NCBI GenBank assembly: GCA_963793865.1
Contig: CAWCBP010000008.1
Span: forward strand, 512,001 to 576,000
DNA from: an uncultured delta proteobacterium
Lineage (GTDB): Bacteria > Desulfobacterota > WTBG01
Length of the DNA stretch: 64,000 nucleotides
Reading direction: 5' to 3'
Within the stretch, counting starts at the first letter, position 1; every line of letters starts with the position of its first letter. Made by a program: the position numbers and the translations under genes. Positions 51,359-61,133 of the stretch are shown here, one piece after another. A model generated the notes under the pieces. That model did no database searches. It saw only the letters and a list, made by a program, of their open reading frames with translations, and was not told the DNA's origin.

Positions 51359-53344
51359 TTATGACAGGGGTTGAAAGCGAATCCTGCATTTTCTCTCATT
51401 GTTTACCGGGCTGCCGGGGGGCGGTGACTGCGAGACGGCCATGCCGCTGCCCGAAAGCTCAACCGTGATATCACATTCGTCGGCGACCGCGAGCGCATCC
51501 CTCATGCTCAGTCTTGAGAAGTCGGGGATGGTGTCTCCCATGACGCTGCCGCTCAGGGAAACCTCCTGGTAGCTGACGGGATTTATAGATGCCCGGTTTT
51601 CCCCCGTGAATGCGGGGGCGGGGCTTTTTGCAAGGGCCAGCCGGCCGGCCCCGGGGGCAATGTTCAGGTAGGTGATGATGGTATTGGCGATCTCTTTGAA
51701 GACGGGCGCGGCAACCACGCCGCCGTATTTAACGCCTTGAGGCTCATCGATGACCACGATCATGGCCACCCGGGGTTTGTCCGCCGGGAAAAACCCCATG
51801 AAAGAACTGGTCATTTTGTGGTCGGAATAGCGCCGGGTCTCTCTGTCAACCTTCTGCGCGGTCCCCGTTTTACCGGCAACGGAATAGCCGTCGATAAAAG
51901 CCTGTGTTCCGGTGCCGCCCTCTTCCACCGCGGAGCGGAGTATGGAGGCGACCTGCCGGGCGGTCTCAGCGCTGATCACCCTGCCGACTCGCTCCGGCTG
52001 CACCTCCCTGATAATCTCCTCCTGGTCGTTGAAAATGGTTTTTACCAGGTGCGGCTTCATCATCATGCCGTCATTGGCGATGGCCGAAAGGGCGGTTATG
52101 AGCTGAATAGGCGAGATGGAAATGCCCTGGCCGAAGGCGATGGTGCCGAGAGCGACCCGTGACCACTGGTCGGGCGGGGCCAGCATGCCGTTGTTTTCTC
52201 CCGGCAGATCAATGCCCGTCTTGCTGCCGAAGCCGAACTTCCTGATGTAGCTGTAAAACTTTTCGTCGCCCAGCCCCTGGGCAATCTTGCAGGCCCCGAT
52301 ATTGCTGGAATATTTTATGACCTCGCTCATGGTCAGCCAGCCGTACTTATGCACGTCATGAATGGTTCTGCCGCCGAAGGGGTATGCCCCGTTTTCACAG
52401 AAATAATTGTCCTGGGGACGGGTGGTCTTTTCCTCCAGGGCCGAGGAGGCAAGAAATGTCTTAAAGGTCGACCCCGGCTCGAAGGCATCGGTAACTGCCC
52501 TGTTTCTCCACTGCTGCGGCTCATAATCCCAGAAGGCGTTTGGATTAAAGGTGGGGCGGACTGCAAGGGCGAGGATCTCCCCGGTGTGCGGCGCCATGAT
52601 GATGACCGTTCCCGCCTTGGCCCTGCTTTTCCTGATCCCCTCGTCGAGCGCCTTTTCGGCCACGTGCTGAATGGTCTGGTCAATGGTAAGCTGAAGGTTG
52701 TATCCCTTGGTGGCGTCCTCCCGGGTGATGTGCGGTGAGTAAATGTTTCTCCCCTTGGCGTCGCGCAGAACCAGGATGGAACCGGGCTTCCCGTTCAGGT
52801 AGCTGTCATAGGCAAGTTCAATTCCCTCAAGCCCTTTTGGATCAACCCCGGTAAACCCCAGGCAGTGGCTGGCAAGTTCTTTGTTGGGGTAAAAGCGCCG
52901 GCTTTCCTCGATGAATCCGACGCCCTCCACATTGAGGCTTTCTATCTCCTGCGCCTGGGAGGGGGATATCCGGCGCATCAGCCAGACGAAGGGACGGTCG
53001 GAGGTTATTTTGTCAAGCACATATTTGTAGCTTACTTTGAGGATGGGAGAAAGCTTTTTCGCCGTATCTTTGGCATCCCTGATCTGGGAGGGGTGCGCGT
53101 AAATCGAAGCCACATCCAGACTCACGGCCAGCTCCCTTTTCCCCCGATCGTAGATGGTCCCCCGCTTGGGCGGCAGGTTGACGTATTTGCGGTACTGCTT
53201 CATATAAAGCTTGGTTAATCGCTCCTTGTCAAGGATCTGCAGCTGGTATGCCCTGAGCATGATGATGGAAAAAAGCCCCATAAAGAAGAGCATGATCAGG
53301 TTGATGCGAATCTTGAGTAATCGCCGGGAGGGTATCGGTTTCAT
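51359..53344 (-). CDS. ftsI: class B PBP FtsI with C-terminal PASTA domain
   Basis: RG.IYDR, R.YP, EPGSTFK (SxxK), SSN, KTGTAQ. Confidence 0.95.
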   Translation of the reverse strand: MKPIPSRRLLKIRINLIMLFFMGLFSIIMLRAYQLQILDKERLTKLYMKQYRKYVNLPPKRGTIYDRGKRELAVSLDVASIYAHPSQIRDAKDTAKKLSPILKVSYKYVLDKITSDRPFVWLMRRISPSQAQEIESLNVEGVGFIEESRRFYPNKELASHCLGFTGVDPKGLEGIELAYDSYLNGKPGSILVLRDAKGRNIYSPHITREDATKGYNLQLTIDQTIQHVAEKALDEGIRKSRAKAGTVIIMAPHTGEILALAVRPTFNPNAFWDYEPQQWRNRAVTDAFEPGSTFKTFLASSALEEKTTRPQDNYFCENGAYPFGGRTIHDVHKYGWLTMSEVIKYSSNIGACKIAQGLGDEKFYSYIRKFGFGSKTGIDLPGENNGMLAPPDQWSRVALGTIAFGQGISISPIQLITALSAIANDGMMMKPHLVKTIFNDQEEIIREVQPERVGRVISAETARQVASILRSAVEEGGTGTQAFIDGYSVAGKTGTAQKVDRETRRYSDHKMTSSFMGFFPADKPRVAMIVVIDEPQGVKYGGVVAAPVFKEIANTIITYLNIAPGAGRLALAKSPAPAFTGENRASINPVSYQEVSLSGSVMGDTIPDFSRLSMRDALAVADECDITVELSGSGMAVSQSPPPGSPVNNERKCRIRFQPLS

Positions 53345-53664
53345 TGCAGGTGCACCATTTGTTGAGGTTCCGGATTGGTGAGGCCCAGCGGGCCGGTCGC
53401 AATGCCTTCGATGCGCGAGAGCGATTTGAGCGAAGCGCCTTCAACTTTAAGCGCCTTGTTGCGATTTAATAACCGTTTCTGCTCATCCAGCGCCCTGGAG
53501 ACCTGGTATCCCACGCTGGTGACCTGGAAGCGGGACCACACCAGGAAAATCAGGCTGCAGACCAGCAGGAAAATTGCCAGGGCAAGGGTAAACACGGCTC
53601 TTCCTTTTCTCCGCCTTCCCCTGGTATAAATCTGTCCGATCGGTGATGCTGAATGTGTGCGCAT
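53341..53664 (-). CDS. ftsL: cell division protein FtsL
   Basis: Basic N-terminus, TM, coiled coil, SRIE.IA...LGL..P. Lies between rsmH and ftsI. Confidence 0.85.
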   Translation of the reverse strand: MRTHSASPIGQIYTRGRRRKGRAVFTLALAIFLLVCSLIFLVWSRFQVTSVGYQVSRALDEQKRLLNRNKALKVEGASLKSLSRIEGIATGPLGLTNPEPQQMVHLQ

Positions 53665-53668
53665 GTGC

Positions 53669-54604
53669 TTAAAGTTTTTCTGCGACCCGGAGTTTGGCGC
53701 TTCTCGCCCTCGGGTTCTGGTGCTGCTCATCCGGCTGCGGTGTCAGAGGCTTCCTGGTGATGATGCGTATCGCGGGCGCTTCCGGAGTCCTGTCTGCCGG
53801 GGCATTTTCACCGTGGGCACGGCCGCGGGACAGCCTGATGAATTCCTGCTTCACAATCCGGTCTTCCAGGGAATGGAATGAAATAATGCAGAGCCTGCCT
53901 CCGGCCGCGAGCATATCGACACCTTCCGCTATGACCTGCCTGAGATTGTCAAGCTCATGATTAACCGCTATGCGCAGGGCCTGAAATGTTCGGGTGGCGG
54001 GGTGAATGGTTTTTGAGCGGTAGCGGGGGGGAATGCTCACGGTCACGAGGTTGCTCAAGGTCACGGTGTCGGCAACGGGCGCCTTTTTACGCCTGGCAAT
54101 GATGGTTCTGGCAATCCGTGACGCCCAGCGCTCTTCTCCATAGGCGTGGAAAATATGTTTCAGGTCGGCTTCCCGGGATTTGTTGACGATGTCATACGCG
54201 GTGATGGGCAAGGCGTTACTCATTCTCATATCAAGAGGTCCCTGGTGTTTGAAACTGAAGCCGCGCCCGGGATCTTCAAGCTGCTGCGAAGAAACACCCA
54301 GGTCAAGCAGAATCCCGTCAACTTTTTCAATGTTCAGTTTGCCCGCAATAGACCTCAGAGAGACAAAATTATCCTGCACCAAAAACAGTTTTTCAGAAAA
54401 GTGCGTCAGGCGGCGGCGTGCCCGCTCAAGTGCATCCCTATCCCAATCGATGGCGATGAGCAGCCTGACGGCGGGATGATCATTTAAAATTTTGAAAGCA
54501 TGACCGCCGCTTCCGACGGTCGCATCAACGTATATTCCGTCAGGCCGGCAGTTCAAACAGCTCACTGCTTCTGCCAACAGGACCGGAACGTGTGCCGTCT
54601 CCAT
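53669..54604 (-). CDS. rsmH: 16S rRNA m4C1402 methyltransferase
   Basis: HVPVL, DATVGSGGH, DLGVSS, LDMRM, SFHSLEDR, NPRARSAKLR. Confidence 0.98.
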   Translation of the reverse strand: METAHVPVLLAEAVSCLNCRPDGIYVDATVGSGGHAFKILNDHPAVRLLIAIDWDRDALERARRRLTHFSEKLFLVQDNFVSLRSIAGKLNIEKVDGILLDLGVSSQQLEDPGRGFSFKHQGPLDMRMSNALPITAYDIVNKSREADLKHIFHAYGEERWASRIARTIIARRKKAPVADTVTLSNLVTVSIPPRYRSKTIHPATRTFQALRIAVNHELDNLRQVIAEGVDMLAAGGRLCIISFHSLEDRIVKQEFIRLSRGRAHGENAPADRTPEAPAIRIITRKPLTPQPDEQHQNPRARSAKLRVAEKL

Positions 54605-54616
54605 GTTGTCCTGGAA

Positions 54617-55081
54617 TCAAAATCCCAGCTTGGCCAGGAATTCCCTTCCTTTAATCTCCCTGAATTGTTCCTTTGCGGCGAGGAACTTTTCTTCCCAGAG
54701 CTGCTTATCCCAAATCTGGATCCGGGAGCCCATGCCCACAAACACAACATTTTTTTTAAGGTTCGCGTATTCCCGCAAGTTGGGTGGAATGAGTATCCTT
54801 CCCAGTTTGTCGACGGTGCATTCGCTGGCACCGGCGATGAAAAACTGCCCAAAGATTTCAACCTCGGGCTGCATGATGGAGAGCTGATTATATTTTTCTT
54901 CAAGGGTAACCCACGCATCATAGGGATAGGCCAGCAGGCAGCTGTCATAATTGGTGACAATCAGCTGGTCGTCATAACTTGTGCTGATGATCTCCCGGTA
55001 TCTGGCGGGCAAACTAACCCTGCCCTTTTCATCAATAGTGTGGTAGAATTTATTCCTGAAGTTGCCCTTGATTTCATCCAT
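54617..55081 (-). CDS. mraZ: transcriptional regulator MraZ
   Basis: Two D.KGR/DKLGR..P repeats, first gene of dcw. Confidence 0.95.
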   Translation of the reverse strand: MDEIKGNFRNKFYHTIDEKGRVSLPARYREIISTSYDDQLIVTNYDSCLLAYPYDAWVTLEEKYNQLSIMQPEVEIFGQFFIAGASECTVDKLGRILIPPNLREYANLKKNVVFVGMGSRIQIWDKQLWEEKFLAAKEQFREIKGREFLAKLGF

Positions 55082-55091
55082 AACATTCCTT

Positions 55092-55145
55092 CCCACTTCT
55101 TCCCACTTTGTGCCCCAGTTTACTCATCTGCCAAAATCTTGTCAA
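55092..55145 (-). promoter_or_regulatory. dcw promoter with MraZ GTGGG direct repeats
   Basis: Minus strand TTGACA-N17-TAAACT followed by CTGGG..GTGGG..GTGGG at ~10-bp period. Confidence 0.8.
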
Positions 55146-55191
55146 GCATAAAAACAGGATAAAACAATTAAAATTTTCCAATTTAAGCAAA

Positions 55192-55238
55192 TATCAACAT
55201 TTAGTATATAAATCGTAAAAACATACTATATGTAGTTG
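55192..55238. promoter_or_regulatory. tandem NrdR-box-like pair upstream of mraZ
   Basis: TATCAACATTTAGTAT (55192-55207) and ATACTATATGTAGTTG (55223-55238), 31 bp apart. Confidence 0.6.
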
Positions 55239-55497
55239 TCTTTTTTGACATGCAAGCCCTCATGGAGATTAACTTATTATCTTGTGATCATATTTTCTGC
55301 TTTTCCCGGGGTGCGCAGGCAATTTTTTTATTTAAAAAATATTAAAAGTAGCTTATAAAACTGCTGACAGATATATAATTTTTAACCGCCGGTAGCTTGA
55401 GCGGCAAAAATTGCGCTTTTCCCTGTTTATGGCTGAAGAAACGCTTCTGCGTGCGATTCTCAGTTGTGAGTGGGAAACGCAGGGCAGGATGTGAACG

Positions 55498-56202
55498 ATG
55501 AGAGAGATTCTTCAAAATATTTATCTTATGAGCGAGGGAAGATCTAATTGTTACCTTCTCACCGGGGAAGACCTCACGCTGGTGGATACCGGGATGCCGG
55601 GTGATGATAAGCAGATCCTCCAAGGCATCAGGGAACTTGGAAGGTCCCCCGGGGAACTTCGGCACATACTGATTACGCATGCCCATATGGATCACATGGG
55701 GTCCGTTGCCGCACTGAAGAAGGCCGGCGGAGGCAAGGTCGTCGCTTCCGCCGGGGAAGCGGAATATATAGAGGGTCTGAAAAAGACCTGGACCATGGGG
55801 AGAGAAGGACTGGGCGGGAAGCTTTTCAAGGGTATGCTGTTCCTGCTGGAGAATTTTTTCGCGCAGTATGAGCCCGCGAAGGTAGACATCCGATGTGCCG
55901 GAGGTGAGCTTCTGGATATCTTCGGAGGCATCCGGGTTATTGCTACCCCCGGCCATTCCCCGGGAAGCCTGAGCTATTATCTGCCGACCCGCAAGATACT
56001 CTTTACCGGTGACGCCTTGAGCGGAGTTCCCGGATTGAAGCTGCCGCCCCGGCCGGGTTGCGCCGATTATCGGGAAGCGCTGAGGACGGTGCAAAAACTC
56101 GCGACATTGGATTTTGAGACATGCCTGTTCGGGCACGGTGCGCCGCTGATGCATGAGGCGTCACAGGCGGTTCAGCGAATTGCGGCCCCTGTGCGACCGT
56201 GA
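55498..56202 (+). CDS. MBL-fold metallo-hydrolase
   Basis: LVDTG, THAHMDH, TPGHSPGS, FTGD, FGHG. Confidence 0.92.
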   Translation: MREILQNIYLMSEGRSNCYLLTGEDLTLVDTGMPGDDKQILQGIRELGRSPGELRHILITHAHMDHMGSVAALKKAGGGKVVASAGEAEYIEGLKKTWTMGREGLGGKLFKGMLFLLENFFAQYEPAKVDIRCAGGELLDIFGGIRVIATPGHSPGSLSYYLPTRKILFTGDALSGVPGLKLPPRPGCADYREALRTVQKLATLDFETCLFGHGAPLMHEASQAVQRIAAPVRP

Positions 56203-56242
56203 GGTCCGGGCGTGTGATCCATCCATACGCAGAAAGGAGTGC

Positions 56243-57115
56243 ATGATGATGTGGGACGATGATGCTGAAAAACGTTTCGAGATGCTGCCGGTGCCGCCCA
56301 TGATGAAATCATATGCGAGGCTGCAGGCTGAGAAAATCGCGCGGGGCAGGGGGCTCTCCCGGGTTACCGATGCCTGCGTCAGGGAAACCGAGCGGGTATA
56401 CCGGGATTTTATCGGCGAGGAGAAAACGGAACAGCTGCGGGCGTACGTTACAGGGGAAGGCCCTGAGCCGCAACTAATGGATGAACTTTTTTTTGATGAC
56501 GAGCAGGCGCTGTACCATATCGATGTCTGCTACACCAAATACGGTGAGAACAGCGAGCTGGTGAGAAATGAGCTGGTAGCCATGATGCGGCGGCTGCAGG
56601 CGCTTATGAAGGAGGAGGGGCTTACCGAGATTATGGCCGGCCTTGCTCCGGTTGCGCTGCACGGCGCCAGCCGTTTCACCGTGGGCATGACCGGCTGCCC
56701 CAACTGCTGCGTGAGTCCCTATCTCAGGGATTTCGGGATCATCATGCAGCACCGGGTGGATATCACCGATGCCGGGTGCACCGGCTGCGGGAATTGCCTG
56801 AAGATGTGCATGGACGGTGCAATCCGCCTGACCGATGCAGGTCCGGTCATCGACCGCTCGATATGCGCCAGGTGCGAGCTGTGCGCTCGTGATTGCCCCA
56901 CCGGAACGCTTGCGGTTAGTGCGCGGGGCTATCGGGTCATCGCCGGCGGCGCCGGCGGCCGCCACCCGCAGCTGGCGGTCACGGTTGAGGATTTTATCGA
57001 CCGTGAACGGGTGCTGGTGCTTTTGAGGAATGCGATAGCACAATTGAGGCGTGCCCGTCCCGGGGAATCATTGCGGGACATCATTAACCGGGACGGAATT
57101 GAGGTGCTTTGCTGA
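56243..57115 (+). CDS. PCP-reductase-like domain fused to a nitrite/sulfite-reductase-like domain with 2x[4Fe-4S] ferredoxin insert
   Basis: W...AE..F...PVP.....AR...E..A; GCPNCC; CxxCxxCxxxC twice; GG..GRHPQLA. AAGGAG SD. Confidence 0.72.
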   Translation: MMMWDDDAEKRFEMLPVPPMMKSYARLQAEKIARGRGLSRVTDACVRETERVYRDFIGEEKTEQLRAYVTGEGPEPQLMDELFFDDEQALYHIDVCYTKYGENSELVRNELVAMMRRLQALMKEEGLTEIMAGLAPVALHGASRFTVGMTGCPNCCVSPYLRDFGIIMQHRVDITDAGCTGCGNCLKMCMDGAIRLTDAGPVIDRSICARCELCARDCPTGTLAVSARGYRVIAGGAGGRHPQLAVTVEDFIDRERVLVLLRNAIAQLRRARPGESLRDIINRDGIEVLC

Positions 57116-57134
57116 CCACCGGGTTGGCGCGCAG

Positions 57135-57311
57135 CTAGTTGTTTGATTGGGAGGGCGCCCGCATGGGGCAGACCTTCACACAAATGGTGCACTCCGTGCA
57201 TTTTTCATGGTCAATGGTCACAATGTCGTTGATCATGCTGATTGCTATAACCGGACACAGGTCAATGCATCCGCCGCAGGCCACACACTTGCTGGTATCG
57301 ATGGTTACCAT
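57135..57311 (-). CDS. 2x[4Fe-4S] ferredoxin, 58 aa (not in ORF track)
   Basis: MVTIDTSKCVACGGCIDLCPVIAI...KCTECTICVKVCPMRAP with AAGGAG SD. Confidence 0.92.
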   Translation of the reverse strand: MVTIDTSKCVACGGCIDLCPVIAISMINDIVTIDHEKCTECTICVKVCPMRAPSQSNN

Positions 57312-57411
57312 GGAAACACTCCTTTCGTGCGTACAGTGGCGGTAATGCTACTACAGTTGCGGCTGAAAGGCAACTCAAGAATAAATCGCGGAAGGTGCTT
57401 TTGAGAAAACG

Positions 57412-57570
57412 CTCGCATGATGTTGAAAAAGTGGTTTTTCCCAGGCTGTTCAAAAACATCCAGATGCAAGGCACGTGAAATTCTGAGGAATGAGGCGTAC
57501 TTTTAGGTACGCTGCAATGACGAAGGATGAACGTAACGCAGCAGATGGGTGTTTTTCAACAGCCTGCTAG
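57412..57570 (-). mobile_element. MITE-like element, copy 2 (inverted relative to copy 1)
   Basis: Core 57442-57566 is highly similar to the reverse complement of 15637-15761, with the same extra outer TIR and a terminal CTAG. Confidence 0.85.
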
Positions 57571-57914
57571 GGAAGGAGAAGATTGGTGGCAGCACCATAC
57601 AGCCAGCAGATGCTGCCGCAGTAGAGGAGGTATTCCCCTCGCACCTGATAGCGGGTTTTATTCATCATGTGTGCTGTGTAAATAATGAGAACCGATACCA
57701 GCAACTTCGTCCCCGCCAGCCCGGGCAAAGGCCCGAACTGTTCTATCATCGCTCGCAGCAAAGGGTTGCTTTCGACATTGATTCCGTACTTCGCGACATT
57801 CCTCGCGGTCAATATGGTGTCCTCAATGCCGCTGCAGATGAGAAAGAGGGCAGCCAGATGAAACCTGCTGAATGCAGGCATGTAAGCTTTCATGCTTTGA
57901 AGCAACGCTGTCAT
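57567..57914 (-). CDS. small membrane protein, DUF5658-like
   Basis: D..LT, ESNPL, K pattern with three hydrophobic segments. Confidence 0.6.
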   Translation of the reverse strand: MTALLQSMKAYMPAFSRFHLAALFLICSGIEDTILTARNVAKYGINVESNPLLRAMIEQFGPLPGLAGTKLLVSVLIIYTAHMMNKTRYQVRGEYLLYCGSICWLYGAATNLLLP

Positions 57915-58244
57915 GGCGGACCTGTTTCCGGTTTTTTTATAACCAGCCGATGTGCGCCCCGTTTAACATCCGGCTGCTGATATTCCCTTATCAGCAAGTT
58001 AAGTACCAATTCAAAAGGGAGGATGGTGGAAAACGCTTGGATTTGTAATTATTTGTATTTTAACAACAAAGTTGAACCTGATTGCCTGGGGCTGAATGTG
58101 TGCGCGGGTTATACTATGTAATGCGGGTGCCTTTCGGCACATGGTATTGCCAAAAAAGAAAGTCCGGATGCAATAACCATCTCCTGGTAATGTTCAGATA
58201 GATACCTTTATTGTAATCCGCACAGTAATCATGTGGTCCGGGGA

Positions 58245-59075
58245 ATGAGCCTCGCAGATATTGTACTATTGGGTTTGATTCAGGGGGTGACGGAATTCCT
58301 GCCGGTCAGCAGTTCCGCGCATCTGGTGATTTTTCAAAATCTCTTCGGAGTAAAGGAGCCCCAGCTCTTTCTGGATACGGCCCTGCACCTCGGCACTCTT
58401 ATTGCGACGGTTGTTGTTTTGAGGAATGAAATCCTTGCGCTGCTGAAGGGGTTGTTGTCATATGCGCTGCATCTGCTGCGGGGGGAAATGCATGCACTCG
58501 GCGATGAACAGAGATCCATGGCGCGACTGGCAGGCCTGGTATGCATCGGACTGGTTCCCACCGGGCTTTTAGGCTTTTTCTTTCGGGATCAATTTGAACG
58601 TCTCTTTGGCTCCCTGCCGGCAGTCGGAATAATGCTGATGATAACCGGCGGCCTGCTGTGGATGACGAGACGGGTGAAGGAGGGAACGAAAGAGGGCGGG
58701 AAGATATCAGTTATGGATGCACTGGTTGTAGGCTTTATCCAGGGATTGGCCATCGCTCCGGGCATATCACGGTCCGGATCCACCATCTCCTTTGGACTGT
58801 TCAGAAATTTTAAGAAAGACTTTTCCTTTCGATTCTCTTTCCTGATTTCCATCCCTGCCATCGCGGGGGCAATGGTTTTGGAATGGGAGGCTCCGGCCCT
58901 CTCCTCAAGGGAACTGCTGCATGTTCTTGCGGGTACACTCACCGCGGCAGTGGCGGGATACCTGTGTCTGCGGCTTTTGAGAACCGTGGTGCAGGAAGGA
59001 CGCCTCTACTTTTTTTCACCCTATTGCTGGGCGGCGGGAAGCGCGGCGGTTGCGCTTTCCTTTATTCTGCAGTAA
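58245..59075 (+). CDS. uppP: undecaprenyl-diphosphate phosphatase
   Basis: QGVTEFLPVSSSAH, PGISRSGST. Confidence 0.95.
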   Translation: MSLADIVLLGLIQGVTEFLPVSSSAHLVIFQNLFGVKEPQLFLDTALHLGTLIATVVVLRNEILALLKGLLSYALHLLRGEMHALGDEQRSMARLAGLVCIGLVPTGLLGFFFRDQFERLFGSLPAVGIMLMITGGLLWMTRRVKEGTKEGGKISVMDALVVGFIQGLAIAPGISRSGSTISFGLFRNFKKDFSFRFSFLISIPAIAGAMVLEWEAPALSSRELLHVLAGTLTAAVAGYLCLRLLRTVVQEGRLYFFSPYCWAAGSAAVALSFILQ

Positions 59076-59108
59076 ACAGAACACAGGGGTGCGCGCGGGC
59101 ATCGGGTC

Positions 59109-60071
59109 ATGCAAAAAACACTTGCCATCGGCATCGACATAGGCGGCACGAACATCCGCACGGCACTGGTGGACGCATCAGGCGCGGTCGTGGGCATTCG
59201 CACACAGCCGACGCATGCCGAACGGGAAATAACCGAGATCATGGGGGATATTGCCCAGGGCATCGGAATGCTTATGAGCACGCACACGGTTTCCCGTGAG
59301 ACTGTGCGCGGTATAGGGCTTGGCGCGCCCGGGTTTCTCTCGCTCCGGGCAGGTGTCATTCACAATTCCCCCAACCTGCCCACCGCCCGCGAGGCGCCGG
59401 TAGTGTCGCTGGTGCAAAGGTTAACCGGTCTTCCGGTCTTTCTGGAAAATGATGCCAATGCCGCGGCTATCGGTGAGCACTGGGTGGGGGCCGGGCAGGG
59501 GGCCCGCAATCTGCTCTGCGTTACCCTGGGCACCGGTGTCGGCTCCGGTTTTATTTTAAATCATGCCATCTGGCACGGAAGCAATGACCTGGCGGGAGAA
59601 TTGGGACATACGGTGCTGGTTCCGGACGGTCATCCCTGCACGTGCGGAAGGAAGGGGTGCCTTGAGGCGTATGTCTCGGCAACGGGCATCGTAAACCGCA
59701 CCGCATCGGCCTTGCGTGCGGGGAGGAGTTCATCCCTGGATGCCTGTAACAAACCCGGCAATCCTCTTACCTCACTGGCGGTGTATGAACATGCACAACG
59801 GGGTGACCGGCTGGCCCGGGACATTTTTGAAGAAACCGGAAGGTACCTGGGAATTGCCCTGGCGAATGTCCTGAATCTGCTTGATCTGGAAATGATCATC
59901 ATCGGCGGGCGGGTTGCTCGGGCAGGTGATATGCTTTTACAGCCGGCCATTCATGAGGTGAACACAACGGCGCTTCGGGTTGCCTACCATCCCGTCCATA
60001 TCCTTCAAGCACGGCTTGGAGATCATGCGGGTGTGATCGGGGCGGCGAAAACGGTTTTTGACCGGGTTTAG
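59109..60071 (+). CDS. ROK family sugar kinase (glucokinase-like)
   Basis: GIDIGGT, ENDANAAA, TLGTGVG, GELGH, CTCGRKGCLE. Confidence 0.93.
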   Translation: MQKTLAIGIDIGGTNIRTALVDASGAVVGIRTQPTHAEREITEIMGDIAQGIGMLMSTHTVSRETVRGIGLGAPGFLSLRAGVIHNSPNLPTAREAPVVSLVQRLTGLPVFLENDANAAAIGEHWVGAGQGARNLLCVTLGTGVGSGFILNHAIWHGSNDLAGELGHTVLVPDGHPCTCGRKGCLEAYVSATGIVNRTASALRAGRSSSLDACNKPGNPLTSLAVYEHAQRGDRLARDIFEETGRYLGIALANVLNLLDLEMIIIGGRVARAGDMLLQPAIHEVNTTALRVAYHPVHILQARLGDHAGVIGAAKTVFDRV

Positions 60072-61057
60072 CGTCCCTGCACCACTGCCTCGTATACCTC
60101 CTCCACTGAAATGTGCTCCAGACAGGTTTGATGAGCACAGTGTTGCATCATCTCCCGCGAGCAGGGAGAGCATGCCGCGCCGCCGCCGAGAATTGTCACA
60201 TGCTTGCCCCTGGGGCCCCACACCCGCGGGTTCGTCGGTCCGAAGAGGGACACGACCGGAACGCCTGCTGCGGCGGCAAGATGGGTGATGCCCGAATCAT
60301 TTCCCACAAAGACGGAACACCGGTTAAGAATGGCAGCGAGTTCGGGAAGCGGATGGCTATCAAGCATGATGCATCCGCCTGAAGACACGAGTTTCCCGCA
60401 GTCCTGCTGCAGTGCTGTTTCCGCCGGTCCGGTTAAAACCACCACCCGGGCACTTTTACGTGCGGCAAGCAGTGTGGCGAGTCCGGCAAAGTGACCGGGC
60501 GGCCACGCTTTCTTCCTGCTCCCGCTTCCCATGTGCAGGGCAACAGTAAAGGCATCCGTTTCAATGGCATGATCGGCAAAAAACTTCCGGGCGCTCCGGC
60601 GGTCTTCATCAAGGGGGAAAAGAACCGGGACGGTTCCGGCTGACGGTATATCCAGGCCGGATAATTGCGAAAGCTGATGATCAATGACATGTGTTGTACC
60701 CCCCTCTGCCGGGAAGGTGCTTATACGGTGAAGTACGCTTACGCCATGCGTGCGAAGGTTGTCGGCAAACGTTCTGTGCAGCTCACCCCCGAAAAGAACC
60801 ACGAGATCGAAACGCCTGAAACGTTCGATCAACACATCAGGCACGGAGGCGCGTTCACGGTATAAATTGGACATGCCCAGCTGATTGATGGAGGCAATGG
60901 TATCGGCATAGAACCTCCCTTCGACCAGCCGCAGGATATCGGTGTATCCCCAGATCTCGATGGTGCTGCCGGGATATGCGTGCCTGAAGGCGCCGATGGC
61001 GGGCAGGCTCAAAATAAAATCACCAAGAGCGCCCTGGTGAATAATGAGGATGTTCAT
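60068..61057 (-). CDS. glycosyltransferase family 9 (heptosyltransferase-like)
   Basis: GALGD, K.WP, GNDSG.THLAAA, LFGPT. Confidence 0.9.
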   Translation of the reverse strand: MNILIIHQGALGDFILSLPAIGAFRHAYPGSTIEIWGYTDILRLVEGRFYADTIASINQLGMSNLYRERASVPDVLIERFRRFDLVVLFGGELHRTFADNLRTHGVSVLHRISTFPAEGGTTHVIDHQLSQLSGLDIPSAGTVPVLFPLDEDRRSARKFFADHAIETDAFTVALHMGSGSRKKAWPPGHFAGLATLLAARKSARVVVLTGPAETALQQDCGKLVSSGGCIMLDSHPLPELAAILNRCSVFVGNDSGITHLAAAAGVPVVSLFGPTNPRVWGPRGKHVTILGGGAACSPCSREMMQHCAHQTCLEHISVEEVYEAVVQGR

Positions 61058-61133
61058 GACGATTTTTTAATACGGTGATGCAGGGGTTGGCTGCCTGTCG
61101 GCTGTGCCGCCATTGTCCCTGCCAGCACACTTG

